This document shows positions 12,457 through 26,342 of a DNA stretch of 64,000 nucleotides, one piece after another. The position numbers and the translations under genes were made by a program. The notes beneath the pieces were generated by a model that saw nothing but the letters and a program-made list of their open reading frames with translations, was not told where the DNA came from and made no database searches. Location: the NCBI RefSeq assembly GCF_009914755.1, contig NC_060925.1; one strand, written 5' to 3'. Within the stretch, counting starts at the first letter, position 1. The number at the start of each line of letters is the position of its first letter. Source of the DNA: the human T2T-CHM13v2.0 reference genome, Homo sapiens.

Positions 12457-13135
12457 GAAACAAAAGATGTTTGTTTAGTTCAAGTAGAGATTACTCAACC
12501 ATAGAATCACTAAGGCTAATTAAAGTGATTTAGCATGGCTGATAAGACCAGAGATGCTAAAAAGCAACTAGTGAGCAGTTATTACTCTTTGACTTGATGG
12601 AATATATTTCCCCATTAGAACTGACACTTTTTGGGGGGTCTAAAGAATCAATTCAAAATCTATTCATTAAAAAAAAACCCTCATTTCTTCTAGTTTTATC
12701 ATAAAACTAAGATAATCAGTCCATGCAAACTGTGATATGATATGAAACAAAACAAACCACCACCACTAAAAAACCCGTAAGAGGGGCTGCATTTCAAAGA
12801 AAGGGACCAAATGTCATGCATACACAGACATACAAGACAACAGAAACAGCAGGCCACATAATATCTACATTAAACACTGAAGCAAATAAAACTGTAAGTG
12901 GCTCTATCCTCCTTTCAAGACAACCTAGATGAGTGGGGAAACCTGCTTTAGAAACCCTGCCCTGCTGTTGTTGCCCAAATGAAATCTGATTCAAATTCCA
13001 GAAAAATCCGATTTAACTAATAAGTCTGAATCAGCAAGAATGCCAAGACAGAGAAATCTATTCACATGGTAAAAGGAGTGATGATAGAGAATGACACAAT
13101 GTCTCTCTGAGTGTCTTATCTGTAAATTCTTATCA

Positions 13136-13501
<366 letters not shown>

Positions 13502-14357
13502 CTAAGCATTCACAGAAGGTAGCAATAAATATTAAAATGACACTTTTGAATAATAAATACATAGGTGAATGTGGAAGCACTGATGTGTTTAAAGAGCCAA
13601 GCAATGCCCAATTTCTTACCAATCAACAAATTTTAGAGCTATTATAATGCAGATTTAGAAAAGCAGACATAAATACTCTATGATCCCCCAAGCATCAAAA
13701 CCAATTTGGTCAGTTCTTCATGCTGCTCAGGAGCAACATGCCCCTTTGGATTGTTGGAGTGTGTCAAATTCTGGTTTCCTTGACTTATTAGATAGAATTC
13801 ATTACCCACATTTCTAAAAAAGATTAAATAAGGGGAACTGGGTTTTGGAAAAAATCTATTTCCTTTCAGTTTCCTACATCAGTTAAAAGCATCCTGCAGA
13901 AAATAGCCTAACAAGGAATAAAAACTGACAATAACTTTCAAGACATAATAATCCAATTAGAAAAAACTGAAGCCTTTCAGTAATTTTTGTACATATATTT
14001 ACACATATGTATCTTTATATAAACTGCTTGCAGCAAAATAGGCTCCGTCTGAAAAATCAGTCTGGCACTTGTGGTTAACATCAAACTGACACAAATATGC
14101 AAAAAGCCGTCCAAATCACACAACAGTTAGGAGCTACATAGGGCAGCTGGCAGGGAGACAAACATGTAGTACTTGCTTGGGTCAGATAAAAGCAGTAAGT
14201 TATCCAGCTAAAATCCTTCTGATTGTCTTCAAAAGTAATTTTGATAACATTGGTAAAGTGATTAGCAAGTTTGTTTTCTCAACTGGATTCTCTTAAACCT
14301 TTCCCTTCACTGCACAGAAAGGTAACGTTAGGGTCTGGTGTCTTGCAGAAACAAGCC

Positions 14358-14473
14358 CTACACAATTGAATCCCAATCAAAGTCATCCTGGATGTCATCT
14401 GGAGGCAGGGAACGCCGCATCTGGAAGGCTTGGGAAGGCATCATGTGCTGCTGGTTCATGGCTCTGTGATGGC
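14358..14473 (-). CDS. FOXJ3: FOXJ3 last coding exon, (G)[37 protein letters not shown]
   Basis: ttccag|GCCATCAC; TAG at 14358-14360. The acidic-aromatic C-terminus is typical of FOXJ2/FOXJ3. Confidence 0.97.
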
Positions 14474-16384
14474 CTGGAAGGAAAGAGGCAATAATAGCAG
14501 CGACTTGGGTAGAGAAGAAAGTAAGAAATAAACTAACCCCTACTGTGTACTTCCTATATGCCAGGCACACATTATCTCACTAATTCAACCATAAGCCTTC
14601 AAAAAGTGGCTCTTATGATCCTTATTTTATAGGTAAGGGGATACGGTTTAAGAGGATGAGTAAATTACCCAAAGTCACACAACCAGTAGGGGACAAAGAT
14701 AGGATCTGAGGTCAGTTCACTTGATCCACACTCCTTCCATTATACCAGGCTGCAGTAAGGAAGACACGAGAAAAGTGCCAATGTAGCCACTGCTCTTACA
14801 GTCTGTTTTGCTCCAATACGTTGTTTCAGTAACATGAATTGGCTCCCATGAGAATGGTAAACAGGATAATGATGGCAGTGCACCAATGACGTCATACTGA
14901 ATTTTCCCCAGCAAGCTAATTTCTGTGCCACCAAGTAATGTCAAGTGAACACAGAGGACATCAACAAGGGAACACAGGAAACCAGAAGGAACCACAGCTG
15001 AGTACAGAATGCCCACCTTCCCATGCTCTTCTTGTACCAGTTTGGCCATGTGCTGTTTGTGCTCCCCAATTTTGATTCATTGGGTCTGTGTCTCCACCGT
15101 ATCTTGACAGACCCCCCCCTTCTAAACCAGCTGCTTTTTAAAAGTAGAGGTTGATATTTACTTGTAGAATTCTTTCTTTTATTACAAATTATACATATCC
15201 TTTTAACTGTTGTGGAAGTTTTACTGGATTTTTTTTTAGTACTCTGATTACAAAATTTCAAGTAGTCTGCTACTCATTTTTCTCATATGCCCTGAAATAT
15301 TTTCTTGTACAATTATTTAATGCTAAGGTTTTCAGTATATCACAATATAGGTAAAATGCCTCCATTTAAAAAAAACTTATAAGTTCCTTAATGTGGGTCA
15401 GGCACTAATTTACATGATTCTCATTCAATCCTAACAACTCGAGGACACAGGTAGTTTTATTAGCCCCTTTTACAAACAGGGAAGCTGAGGTAGGAGGGTT
15501 AGGTAGCTTGCCTAATATCACACAGCCATTAAGTGGCAAAGCATGAAGATTCAAACACAAGCAATCTGGCTCCAGAGCCTTACCACCTTATGGTGCCACT
15601 TACAAATTAGTAGTAAGCACTCACAACAGGTTAACATTCCTTCCCCCTTCAGCAAAGGACATATCACTTGATCCCAACTCCTTCCTCACTGCTGTCTGCC
15701 ACACAGTTCTTCAAGGTTTTAAATCCACCCCCAACCCCATTACCTTTATGTCTTTTCCTCAAATAGCCTAAGTAAAGGATTGTGTGGTATGTGAGAAAAA
15801 CAACGGACTCTGAATCCAGACACTGGGGCTTGAGTCTTGATCTGGCCACTCACTAAACTGGGTGGCCTGGGCAAGGCATTTCTCCTTCAGAGCCTCCATT
15901 ATCCTAAGTGATCTTTAAGATACTTTCCAGCTCTAACAATGTGCCGTATTCCGCTGGCTAAATGAATCCTGCATTCAAGAACCCAGCGGGAAAAGTGTAT
16001 GAACCACTTAACACCTAAAATTTACCTTCTCTACAAGGTACTTCCCTGGAAACTATAGCTGGGGGAACTCCATAGGAATGAATGAAGCAGAATCTACAGG
16101 AGCTAATAAAGTAGGTTCCTAAAACCTGCTAAAGTCCTGTCAAACACCCTCAACTATGACCCCAGGACTTCTTAGAGAGGCAAGACAATAAATAACTAGA
16201 ATAAGTAGAATCATTGCATCTTGGGCTAATAAGGACTTCAGGTCCTACAGTCCAAACTCCAACTGATGCTTGAATCCCTTTGCTAGCACAAGTGCCAAGT
16301 GGCTGTCCAGACATTGTCCCCTAGCCCCTCTTAACAGGGAGTTCACTCCTTGAGGCAGCCTCATTCACCATCGGGAAAGCTAAC

Positions 16385-16511
16385 GCTTCTCAATATTAAA
16401 CTCTGGGTAACAACTGACACACACACATGCTTCTCAATATTAAACTCTGGGTAATAACTGACACACACACACACACTCTCTCTCTCACCTGCCATCGTTG
16501 TTCCTGGAGTG

Positions 16512-16546
<35 letters not shown>

Positions 16547-16589
16547 TCTCTCTCTCTCTCTTACCTGCCATCGTTGTTCCTGGAGTGCT
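16385..16589. repeat. Two adjacent tandem duplications (44-nt and 76-nt periods) interleaved with (CA)n/(TC)n
   Basis: gcttctcaatattaaactctgggtaa at 16385 and 16429; cctgccatcgttgttcctggagtgct at 16488 and 16564. Confidence 0.95.
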
Positions 16590-16672
16590 GAGTGCCTGTG
16601 GGATATGAGGATAACCAGGGGGTGGCATCACTGAAGGAGGGAGATTTTGCCTAGAATCTATGTACAAATTTC
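16565..16672 (-). CDS. FOXJ3: FOXJ3 penultimate coding exon, (G)[35 protein letters not shown](G)
   Basis: ttag|GAAATTTG...GGCAG|gtaaga; 108 nt, phase 1-1. Confidence 0.96.
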
Positions 16673-17122
16673 CTAATCAGATTAAAAGCAGAAAGAGGGA
16701 AAACATGTTACCACAAATAAAACAAATGGAGCACTAAAATCTTAACAGAATTGTTACTCTGAAAGTAAATTAAGCAGGTAAAATAAGGAGAAAGGGGGAA
16801 GAAAATATTACTCCTTTCAGATGCTAAAATTGTGGTCTTGGCCTTTTGAACAGGGTGCCAGGCCGGGTGTGAACACACTGAACTAATGCTGGCGCTGCCA
16901 CTAACTGTACGCTGGTAGGCAAGTTATGTCTATTATTGTTGCTATCACATACCTCATTACAATTCAAAAGTATTTTTGTATCCATTACTTCATCTGACCC
17001 TCCCACTAAGCCCCAAAGGAGGGTAAGACAGGGATTGTTACACCCATTTTACAGATGAGGCAACTGAAACTCAGAAAGGCTAACCTGACTTGCCCAAAGA
17101 CACATTAGTTTGACAGTGCTAG

Positions 17123-17544
<422 letters not shown>

Positions 17545-17640
17545 TAATTAACAAGTACCTGGGAAGCACAAAGTAACAATAAAGATCTGCACATGGTAAA
17601 AGAGCTACAACAAGCAATGATGATTAAAAACATTATTCTG

Positions 17641-17905
17641 GGCAAGGCATGGTGGCTCAGGTCTATAATCCCAGCACTTTGGGAGGCAGAGGCGGGCAGA
17701 TCACCTGAGGTCACGAGTTCAAGATCAGACTGGCCAACACGGCAAAACCCTGTCTCTACTAAAAATACAAAGAATTAGCTGGGTGTGGTGGCATGAGCCT
17801 GTAGTCCCAGCTACTCAGACTTGAACCTGGGAGACGGAGGTTGCAGTGAACCGAGATTGTGCTACTACACTCCAGCCTGGTTAATAGAGTGAGACCCTGT
17901 CAAAA
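17641..17905 (+). mobile_element. AluS with small internal deletion and G-rich converted tail
   Basis: Alu dimer followed by a purine pentamer tract. Confidence 0.93.
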
Positions 17906-17988
17906 GAGAAGAGAGAGGAGAGCGGAGAGGGTGGAGCGGAGGGGGCGGGGCGGGGTGGGGGAGGGGAGGGGAGGGGAGGGGAGGGGAG
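17902..17988 (+). repeat. Purine-rich pentamer tract ending in (GGGGA)n
   Basis: Read directly. Confidence 0.9.
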
Positions 17989-19189
17989 TATTATCCTAGA
18001 ATGTGAGGATGGGGACCATGGATCTCATTCAAATTTTACTTCAGAAGGTTCTTAATATATTTTCATTAACAGGAGACATCAAGTGTTATCGCCTCCAAAA
18101 TGTCAACTACGTTACATCACAATGCAAAAGAGAGAACAAACATGACCCCTCCTCCAATAACTCATGAGGAATGATTATAAAAGCGGTTCACATTGTAAGG
18201 AACATCTGGAATTCTGGAAAGGCTACTTCCCTAAGTTTATCTACTATTTCATGTAAATTACACTTGAATTCTAGTAATGTTGTAATGAAACTAAAAAATA
18301 GTAATCATTTTCCCAGAGGAAACTAAAAAGAGTAGAAAAAATCTTCCACTTCTATTAAGGTAAGGCATTCTGTATTTGGCTGCTCACAAGTCTTTACCCT
18401 CCAGTGGAAAGCCAGACTATCCAGGCTTGAGATGGCCTCAGAGATAATCTAATCTGACCTTACCTCTGTCCATGCAGATAGGGAAACAGGGACAGAGGAA
18501 ATGAGACAGAACCAGGACCAGAATTCAAGACTTCTGACCCCCTGTCCCTGCCTCCCATGATAACATGCCTTTTATCAGTGAAGTTTATAGTCAGAACTGA
18601 CCTCTTTGACTGACTGACCATACTGATGATTTAGAAAGAAAAAAGAGGAGAAAAGTTATACTAAACTACAGCTCTAATACTGGTACGAGTGACGTGGGGC
18701 GGAATCCTGTCTCCAAATGCTGATCGGTCTTCACATGCACGCCTAGTGTACTTTGTAAAGACTGCACCAAGCTGGAAGGGCCACACCACTCAGAGTAATA
18801 GGGTCACTCATATACCCACAACTTCCCTGTCTCTGTCCTTCAAAATCTTAGCTCTCACTCTACACATCTTTCGAGTTCATGTCATAATGAAAATGTAAAA
18901 CTGATTTTTATTGGGAATTAATCTTTTACCACTTCTCTTTTATGGCTTCGTAATTCTTACCTTAAAGGCAGAGGGGAGAAAGAATTACAGGATTATGACA
19001 ATAAACAAACATCTACATAAAAGTCTTAACTTTCTGTAATTCCATCATATGCGTAACACTTTTATTTTCATATAGAAATTCCCATTAATTCTCATTTTTT
19101 CCCATATTCTCAATATAGAGTCTGAATGAGTGTATTCCTGAATTTCCTATGTAAGAAATTAACTTCCAATGCAGTTTCCAAAGATTTCA

Positions 19190-20310
19190 GGCACTGCTCG
19201 AGGCACTATGGATACAGCAATGAAAAAACACAACTCTGCTTTTCGGGTGTGTATTCTTGGGCATGTTGGGTAGGGGCAAACAAAGTAAATTAAATAGTAT
19301 GTAACATGCTATGGAAAAAAAGCAGAGAGAGAGAACAAGGACTGCTGAGTAGTGGTGCCATTTAAATAGGATGACCAAGGAAGGCATCCCCTGAGCAGGT
19401 GTTTTTTGAGGAAAAACAACGGAACAAGATGAGGAAATGAGTCATGTGTCTAACTGAGGGAAGACCACTCTGGACAAGAGGAAATAGCAAGTACAAAGGC
19501 CCTGTTTAGGTAGAGTGTGCTACCTAGTGTGTTCAAAGAACACCAGGGAGACCAGCAGTGTTGAAGCACAGGCGTGGAGGGGAGAAGGCAGAAGACAAGA
19601 TCAGAAATAATCAGTGATCAGATTGTGTAGGCCATATAGGCCATAGTAACAACATTGGTCTTTACTGAGAAAGATGGAGGGTTTTGAGCAGAAAACAGAC
19701 GTGACATGATCTGACCTCTCTGTCTTGCAAAATCCTACTTAACCTACAAAGTCCAGCTTAAATATGCTGTCTTCTAGAAAAATTTTCCATCTTTCCAAGA
19801 GAAGTATGCACCCCTTTCTCTGAATTCTTATTGCACTTAAACCCTATGGAGAAGTGTAGCCCTCAACATACTGAATTTTTTTTTTTTTTTTTTTTTTTGA
19901 GATGGAGTCTCGCTCTGTCGCCCAGGCTGGAGTGTGGTGGCGCGATCTTGGCTCACTGCAAGCTCTGCCTCCCTGGTTCATGCCATTCTCCTGCCTCAGC
20001 CTCCTGAGTAGCCGGGACTACAGGCGCCTGCCACCACGCCTGGCTAATTTTTTTGTATTTTTTTAGTAGAGACGGGGTTTCACCATGTTAACCAAGGTGG
20101 TCTCGATCTCCTGACCTCATGATCCGCCTGCCTCGGTCTCCCAAAGTGAACATACTGTATTTCTTGATGGATCTGTCTCAACCACTAGGTTGTGAACTCT
20201 TTTAGGTAAAAGCTACTACAGGGGTCATGTCTTTATTCTCAGTGCCCAATACAAAGCTAGACACAGAAAAGGTGTCTAGTGTGTGCTCAATGACTGCATT
20301 CCTACCTATA
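19190..20310. mobile_element. L2 fragments in both orientations
   Basis: aaggaaggcatcccctgagcaggtg, gcaagtacaaaggccct and ggagggttttgagcag are typical antisense L2. Confidence 0.65.
19876..20148 (-). mobile_element. 5'-truncated AluY
   Basis: AluY-type gcaagctctgcc and gccattctc; long T tract; TSD aacatactg at 19865 and 20149. Confidence 0.92.
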
Positions 20311-21462
20311 TTTAATGATGACCTTTAAGCAACGCATCAAATTAGAATAGTAGAGCCAGAAGATATAAACAAATTATAACCACAGGTAAAAAGATTTAGG
20401 AAAAGATGTCATAGACTGTGTTCTATAACAACCTTCTCCCCTTCCCCCTTCCACACTAGCACACTACACCACTAATTTCTGGAGTCTACAGGAAGCTCAT
20501 GGAGGTGTTTACCAAGCGGGTCCTTGAAGACAGGAATGACAGGAAAGGTTTAAGGAAATGGAGAGACTATATTCTGGGACTCAAGACCTACACCTAAATG
20601 AATTTTACAACATTGGGTAAGTCACTTTCTCCCCCTGGATTACAATGTCCTTATCTGTTAAATAAAGGGATAAAATTAACAGCTCTCTGAAAGTCTCCTC
20701 TTGACTATACTTCTAAGAAATTATGACAAAGAATTACTGGGGTGCAGAGATGAGGGAAGTAAAAGATCTGAATGGATGTGATACACAGGGATGTAAGACA
20801 GAGAAAAAAGGAATGACAGAAAGACACTGACACTTAAAACAAGAGGAAGCAGGCTGGACACGTAAAAAAAATCTGAATATTTGTGAACAGACATCAGCAG
20901 GCATGAAGTGATGAATACTTGGAGCACCATAATTGATGAGAGAACAACTGTTGTCAGAGGCCAAAACAGCTTGGCAGGCATGAGTCAGAAGGAAAATACA
21001 AAAGGGGAGTGAGAGTAGAAAGAATTGAATAAACACTGAAGAAAAACTATAGTTTTTCTACCTTTGATAGGCTGTGACTAGGGTAGCACTGAGAATCACG
21101 AAGGTGTCATCGGGACCCTAGAAAGGAGGAGGGCCCTAACAAAAGAGATGACAGAAAAAATTAACAGAATCACAGAACACCAGAACAAATAACCAAGGTC
21201 AAGGCTCAAGAATAGATGACTACAGAAGTTGAGGAACAAAGGGCTTCAGGAAAATAACTCAGGATCTCAGTCTAGAGAGAATCTAGAAGGAGTGCCTGGG
21301 TACTCTGACAGAGGACAGCAGCAGATAAAGTGTTTTTTCCATGACAAAACTACCAAGTTCCAAGACCAAAAGGTACACATAGACCTTTCTTACAGACTTA
21401 GGGCACAAAACTGAAATTCACCAACATGAGAGCTGCTGCCTAACATGTACACTGGCTTTTGA

Positions 21463-21873
<411 letters not shown>

Positions 21874-23359
21874 TAGTGATATATACATAAGCTATTTAAT
21901 TTCACTTAGTACTTTTTGAGGCTGACTGAAATGGTTAGAGATGGAGTTAGCAAAGAAGTGAACAGCATGACAGCACTCAGAAGCAACAATTTTGGATGAA
22001 CACAGAAAGAAAAGAGGAAAGGAGAAAAAAGGGACAAAAAACAGAGAGAGGTGGTACACCTGGTCTAAGGAGGACTTAAAGCAAGTTGGAAAAATTAAAG
22101 TGATATATCCTGAAAGGGACAAAGTATGGGCTTAGAACCCATGAGAGAAACAAAGAAGACACGCTGTCCATCTGCAAGAAAAGATTTTAAAAAAAGAAAT
22201 GGAAGAAGGGCACATAAGTGAGGATACCTGAATTACAGAGATCTTGATGCTTAAAAATGAATATATATCAGAAAGATACCAAAAAGAACTAACAAAAGGA
22301 GAGAGAGAGAGAGACAAAGAAGCTATAAAGTTATCAAAAACTAAATTTTAGTGTCTGGCACAGAGGGCAATCAGCCAGGGACTGAACAAGGCCCTTGTGT
22401 GGATGTAATTTACTGAATGAATAGGTCACCAGAATCAAATAGTGACTGAAGGTTTCAGGCAAGGTAAGCTATTCAAAATAGCTTAGGAAAAGCTATTCAA
22501 CGTGGAAGAAGAAAAGATAATAGATTTCCACTACATCAAAGGATACAGGAATAAAGATTTCATGAAAAGAAAGACACAGACTGATAAGCTTGACTTGAAT
22601 AAACTCAAACCATGGGTGAACGAAAGATGTGAAGTAAGATAGAATAATGGTTAAAGGAAGCCACTCAGGATAGAGAAGAGAGAGCTTGTTGGCATAAAAT
22701 GTAAAATCAATATAACATACAGAAAAGAAGTAAACTTGATGATAAGAGAAGGTAAGGAATTAAAATGAAGAAAGAAGTAACTTGGATATGAAATTCCTAC
22801 AGAAAAATGTGCAATCAGAGTAGAAGACATGGCTGCAAGGGTAAAGAATGAAGGAAGAAAGCGAGATTTAAAAAATATACAGGAAAGATTTTGGGTCTAA
22901 AGTAAAACATCAGTGAGACTATTTTCCATTACGTCTACTCTTCAAACACTTCGAATTGTTCAATTTTAACATTCTTAGGAGATACACAAGACACGTTGAT
23001 TTCCATTGCAGATCTGTACAAATTTAAATATAATTTCATAATTATGTTCCTATAAAAACGTAAGTATCTCCAATATATTTCTTGTTTGATAACTTAGTAA
23101 AAGGATAATGGTTACAACAGTTAACTGTAAATAATAAAGCAATCATATAAATCACAACAGAAAAACATAGTCTCATTACCTCAATTTTTCTAAGATATAC
23201 CCTACATATAAATTATTTGCTTTCATTCATTTCTTATAAATAAAAATTTGTAAACAGATCACTGTCACCATTAGCAGCAAACCAAGTTGGTTAAGACAGT
23301 TACTAAATTTCGTACGAATGAGAAAATGAGAAAAATCAAGAAGATAACTAACCCCATAC

Positions 23360-23551
23360 CTGTTCCAATGTGTTGGGAAGGTTTTGTTGGATGCATGGCA
23401 CCATGACAAACATTTTGTTGAACATTACTCTGTGAATGTATAAGGCCAGTTTGTGTAAAGAACTGATTAAGAGAAGAACAAAGATCGGCAAACTGAACCT
23501 GGTCTAAAGACCAGTTCTTGAGATCTGCCTGTCTCATACTCTCCATCAGAC
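23360..23551 (-). CDS. FOXJ3: FOXJ3 coding exon, (G)[20 protein letters not shown]...SQHIGT(G)
   Basis: catag|GTCTGATG...ACAG|gtatgg; 192 nt, phase 1-1; ORF 23271-23546. Confidence 0.96.
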
Positions 23552-23925
23552 CTATGAGGAAAGCATTAAAAATATGTTAGCACTGTTATGCAATAAACAT
23601 TGCAAGGAAAATAGCAAGACATAATTTTTTTCAGCTCTCAAAATTTCCACTCACTCCACTTTATGGTAGTGATTTATCCACGCAATGAAGAATGACCTTT
23701 TTAAATTATTCAAAGCCCAATTATTTTAAATGTGGTCAAATTTCTTTCAGAACTTGTCTGTGACCCTCTGCTATACCAAGTGGCCAAAATTATTATGAAT
23801 TTTACCAACTGCAAAAGAAATGCTATATAAGATGATGTTTATTTCTACTACAAAGAAAGTTATAATCTAGCAGAGAAACAGGATCATGTGTATTTGGTTA
23901 TATGTCAAAAAGAACCAACACTCAC

Positions 23926-24027
23926 CTTGAAACTGTGAAAGGTCTACATCTGACCAATTAACACTGCTGGCAATTCGACAGCTTTCTTTTAGCATATCAA
24001 GTGTCGCATACCAATCATTTGAAACAC
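23926..24027 (-). CDS. FOXJ3: FOXJ3 coding exon, (G)[33 protein letters not shown](G)
   Basis: tatag|GTGTTTC...CAAG|gtgag; 102 nt, phase 1-1. Confidence 0.95.
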
Positions 24028-25925
24028 CTATAAAATATTGACAACAGTGTAATTCCTGGATGGTGAAAGGGTGAAGTGTGGTAAGGGAAAACGATGAGCT
24101 GCCCTTATTCCTGAAATTGGCTGATTCTTGTCCCGTCTTACAAGGGGATTTGTACCCATTATATCACGTGTTGGGCAATCTGCTCTGTGAGACAGGCAGA
24201 AAGGTATTATTTCTCTCCATTTTACAAATAAAAGAAACTGAACCAGAGAAGTGACATAACTTAGCAAGGTTATCATGATGAATCTAAGACTTGAACCCAG
24301 GTCTTCTAACCTCCAGTCTAGCAGTTTCCAAATTGCCACATCACCTAGTAATATCAAACTTGATACTGCTCTTTACATTACAGTACCAATAAATGAACAG
24401 ATAGGAAATGCCACACAAATCTGTATTTTCCCCTATATAAAGTTCATTTTCCTGTCTTCTTATGACCTTAAAAAACTCAAGAGAGGCAGGTTCACATTTA
24501 GAGGCAACACATAGTACAATTTAATGCAATGACTTAACGCAGGTGGATTAGATCATATAGTAAGAGTAAATGCTTCTTCCAAGGCAACCTTAGGAGAAAA
24601 AAATTTAACATAGTCCCCCTGCCAAGGTAGCGAAGGAAGAAGGGTGAGATCTCTGCAAGAAATGCTGATGAATCCACGTCAGGGCATTTTTAGTCAGAAA
24701 TGGTATCCTCTGGTATGACATCAGAAGAGTTTAAGACTCCATAATCTGTATGTCAGCAAACCAGTCATTAGTCAGAGGCCATGCAGCAAGAGTTACCTTC
24801 AATGAGACAGCAGTGCTGAATAGTGGAAGAAAATTCTTCATTTCAGTGACTGCTGTCAAGCCACTGTTTCTAGGACCTCCCCCGGATGGATGAAGATAAA
24901 GACCAATAAAAAGGGCTGGTTGGTTTGCTTTTGCTACATCAAGGCAACTCTTGGCTATATCAACTACTGGCTACTTGATTACAAAATTCTGCCAATAATG
25001 GATTTTTAAAATAAACAATCAACTAGAGACAACATGACCCTGCCATGAAGCAAGTCGTAACTTAGGAAGAAATTTGTTAGGTGGGAGGGGATTAAACTAA
25101 TATCCAAATGAGCCACGAACATGCAAGTCTACCAGACTCAGATCCTTTAGTTCAAGAAGAACTTCATGGATAAGGAAACCAAGGTTCAAAGGAATTATAT
25201 GATTTAAGTCACTTAGGTAATACAACAGCCAAAGCAGTACTAGAATCCAGATCTCTTGAGGTAAACACAACTCAGGTAGTCAAAAGGTCAGGGTAGGAAA
25301 AAGGTTAACTGAAATGAAATTATGAGCAGGAACCAGGACATTTGCCATGACTAATTTGTTGTTGTTGTTGTGGGTAAGAGGAAGAGGAGGCTCCTTTAAT
25401 AAATAGTGACCTGGCAAATAAAAATAAAGCAAACTCTGCAGCGACTGGGTGAGCAAACCCTACCCACTTAGCAAATGTCTGCTAATTTTAGTTCTTTTAG
25501 AATAACTGGTGTTATAAGCTTTGAAGTCAGACATGTCAGAATATAAACCCCAGTTCTACCACTTACCACAGTATGATCTTAAGCAAATTACTTAAAATTC
25601 TTTTAGTTGCACTTTTCCTATATATAAAATGTGGTCATCTATACTTGATTTGGCAGGATAATGTAAGATAATGTATCTAAATTATAAACAAGAGTTAAAA
25701 TAAAAACCTGCAAGGGTTGCTGGGTTTGCCTATGTTGCCACAATAAATTTTAATCAAGAAAGTCGCCAGGACAGTCTATGAATTAAATGAGTTACAACTA
25801 TAGGATTATAGCAAGGAAACAGATGTAAAGAGGTTTTGGTAGTAAATACTACATGAGCTCTAAATAACAAAGGACAGATCCTAATTCACAGTTAGCCAAA
25901 CACAAACCAGGAGACAAAAACTTAC

Positions 25926-26342
25926 CAGAATTACAGGATACCTGTTGTGGGGGTGGGGGTGCCTGATGTGTTAACGTCTGATGCTGATGGTTCGGATGGT
26001 GCTGTATGTGTTGATGTGGAGAGGGATGCTGGGGGTGAGGGGACTGGAGCTGGCTGTGTTGCTGTGGGTGTGGTGCTGGGTGTGGGGAACGCTGCGGATG
26101 CTGCGGTAAACCATGCGGTCGATGGGGAGGATGTGGAGATGGCTGTGTGTGCATCTGGGGGTGAGACAGTGAGACCTGTGCAACCGAATTACTGCCTGTG
26201 GTGTTGAGGCCACTGCCATGACTGTTGGACAGGCTGCTTTGGTTGCTGTGTGGGTGAGTGCTCACTGTACTGCTGGGAGAGTGCTGATAGGTACATGAAG
26301 TGTGGGACTGCTGGGAAGATTCAGAAGGGATGTTCATCAAAC
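25926..26342 (-). CDS. FOXJ3: FOXJ3 coding exon, S/H/Q/P-rich low-complexity region (G)LMNIPSES...QQVSCNS(G)
   Basis: tttag|GTTTGATG...TCTG|gtaag; 417 nt, phase 1-1; ORF 25849-26352. Confidence 0.96.

Noticed and set aside
14717-15354. Possible processed pseudogene (110 and 106 aa ORFs) in the last intron
   Set aside because: No protein family recognised and no clear poly(A)/TSD pair
25947-26219. Antisense and alternative-frame ORFs over the 417-nt exon
   Set aside because: Shadow ORFs of a low-complexity coding exon
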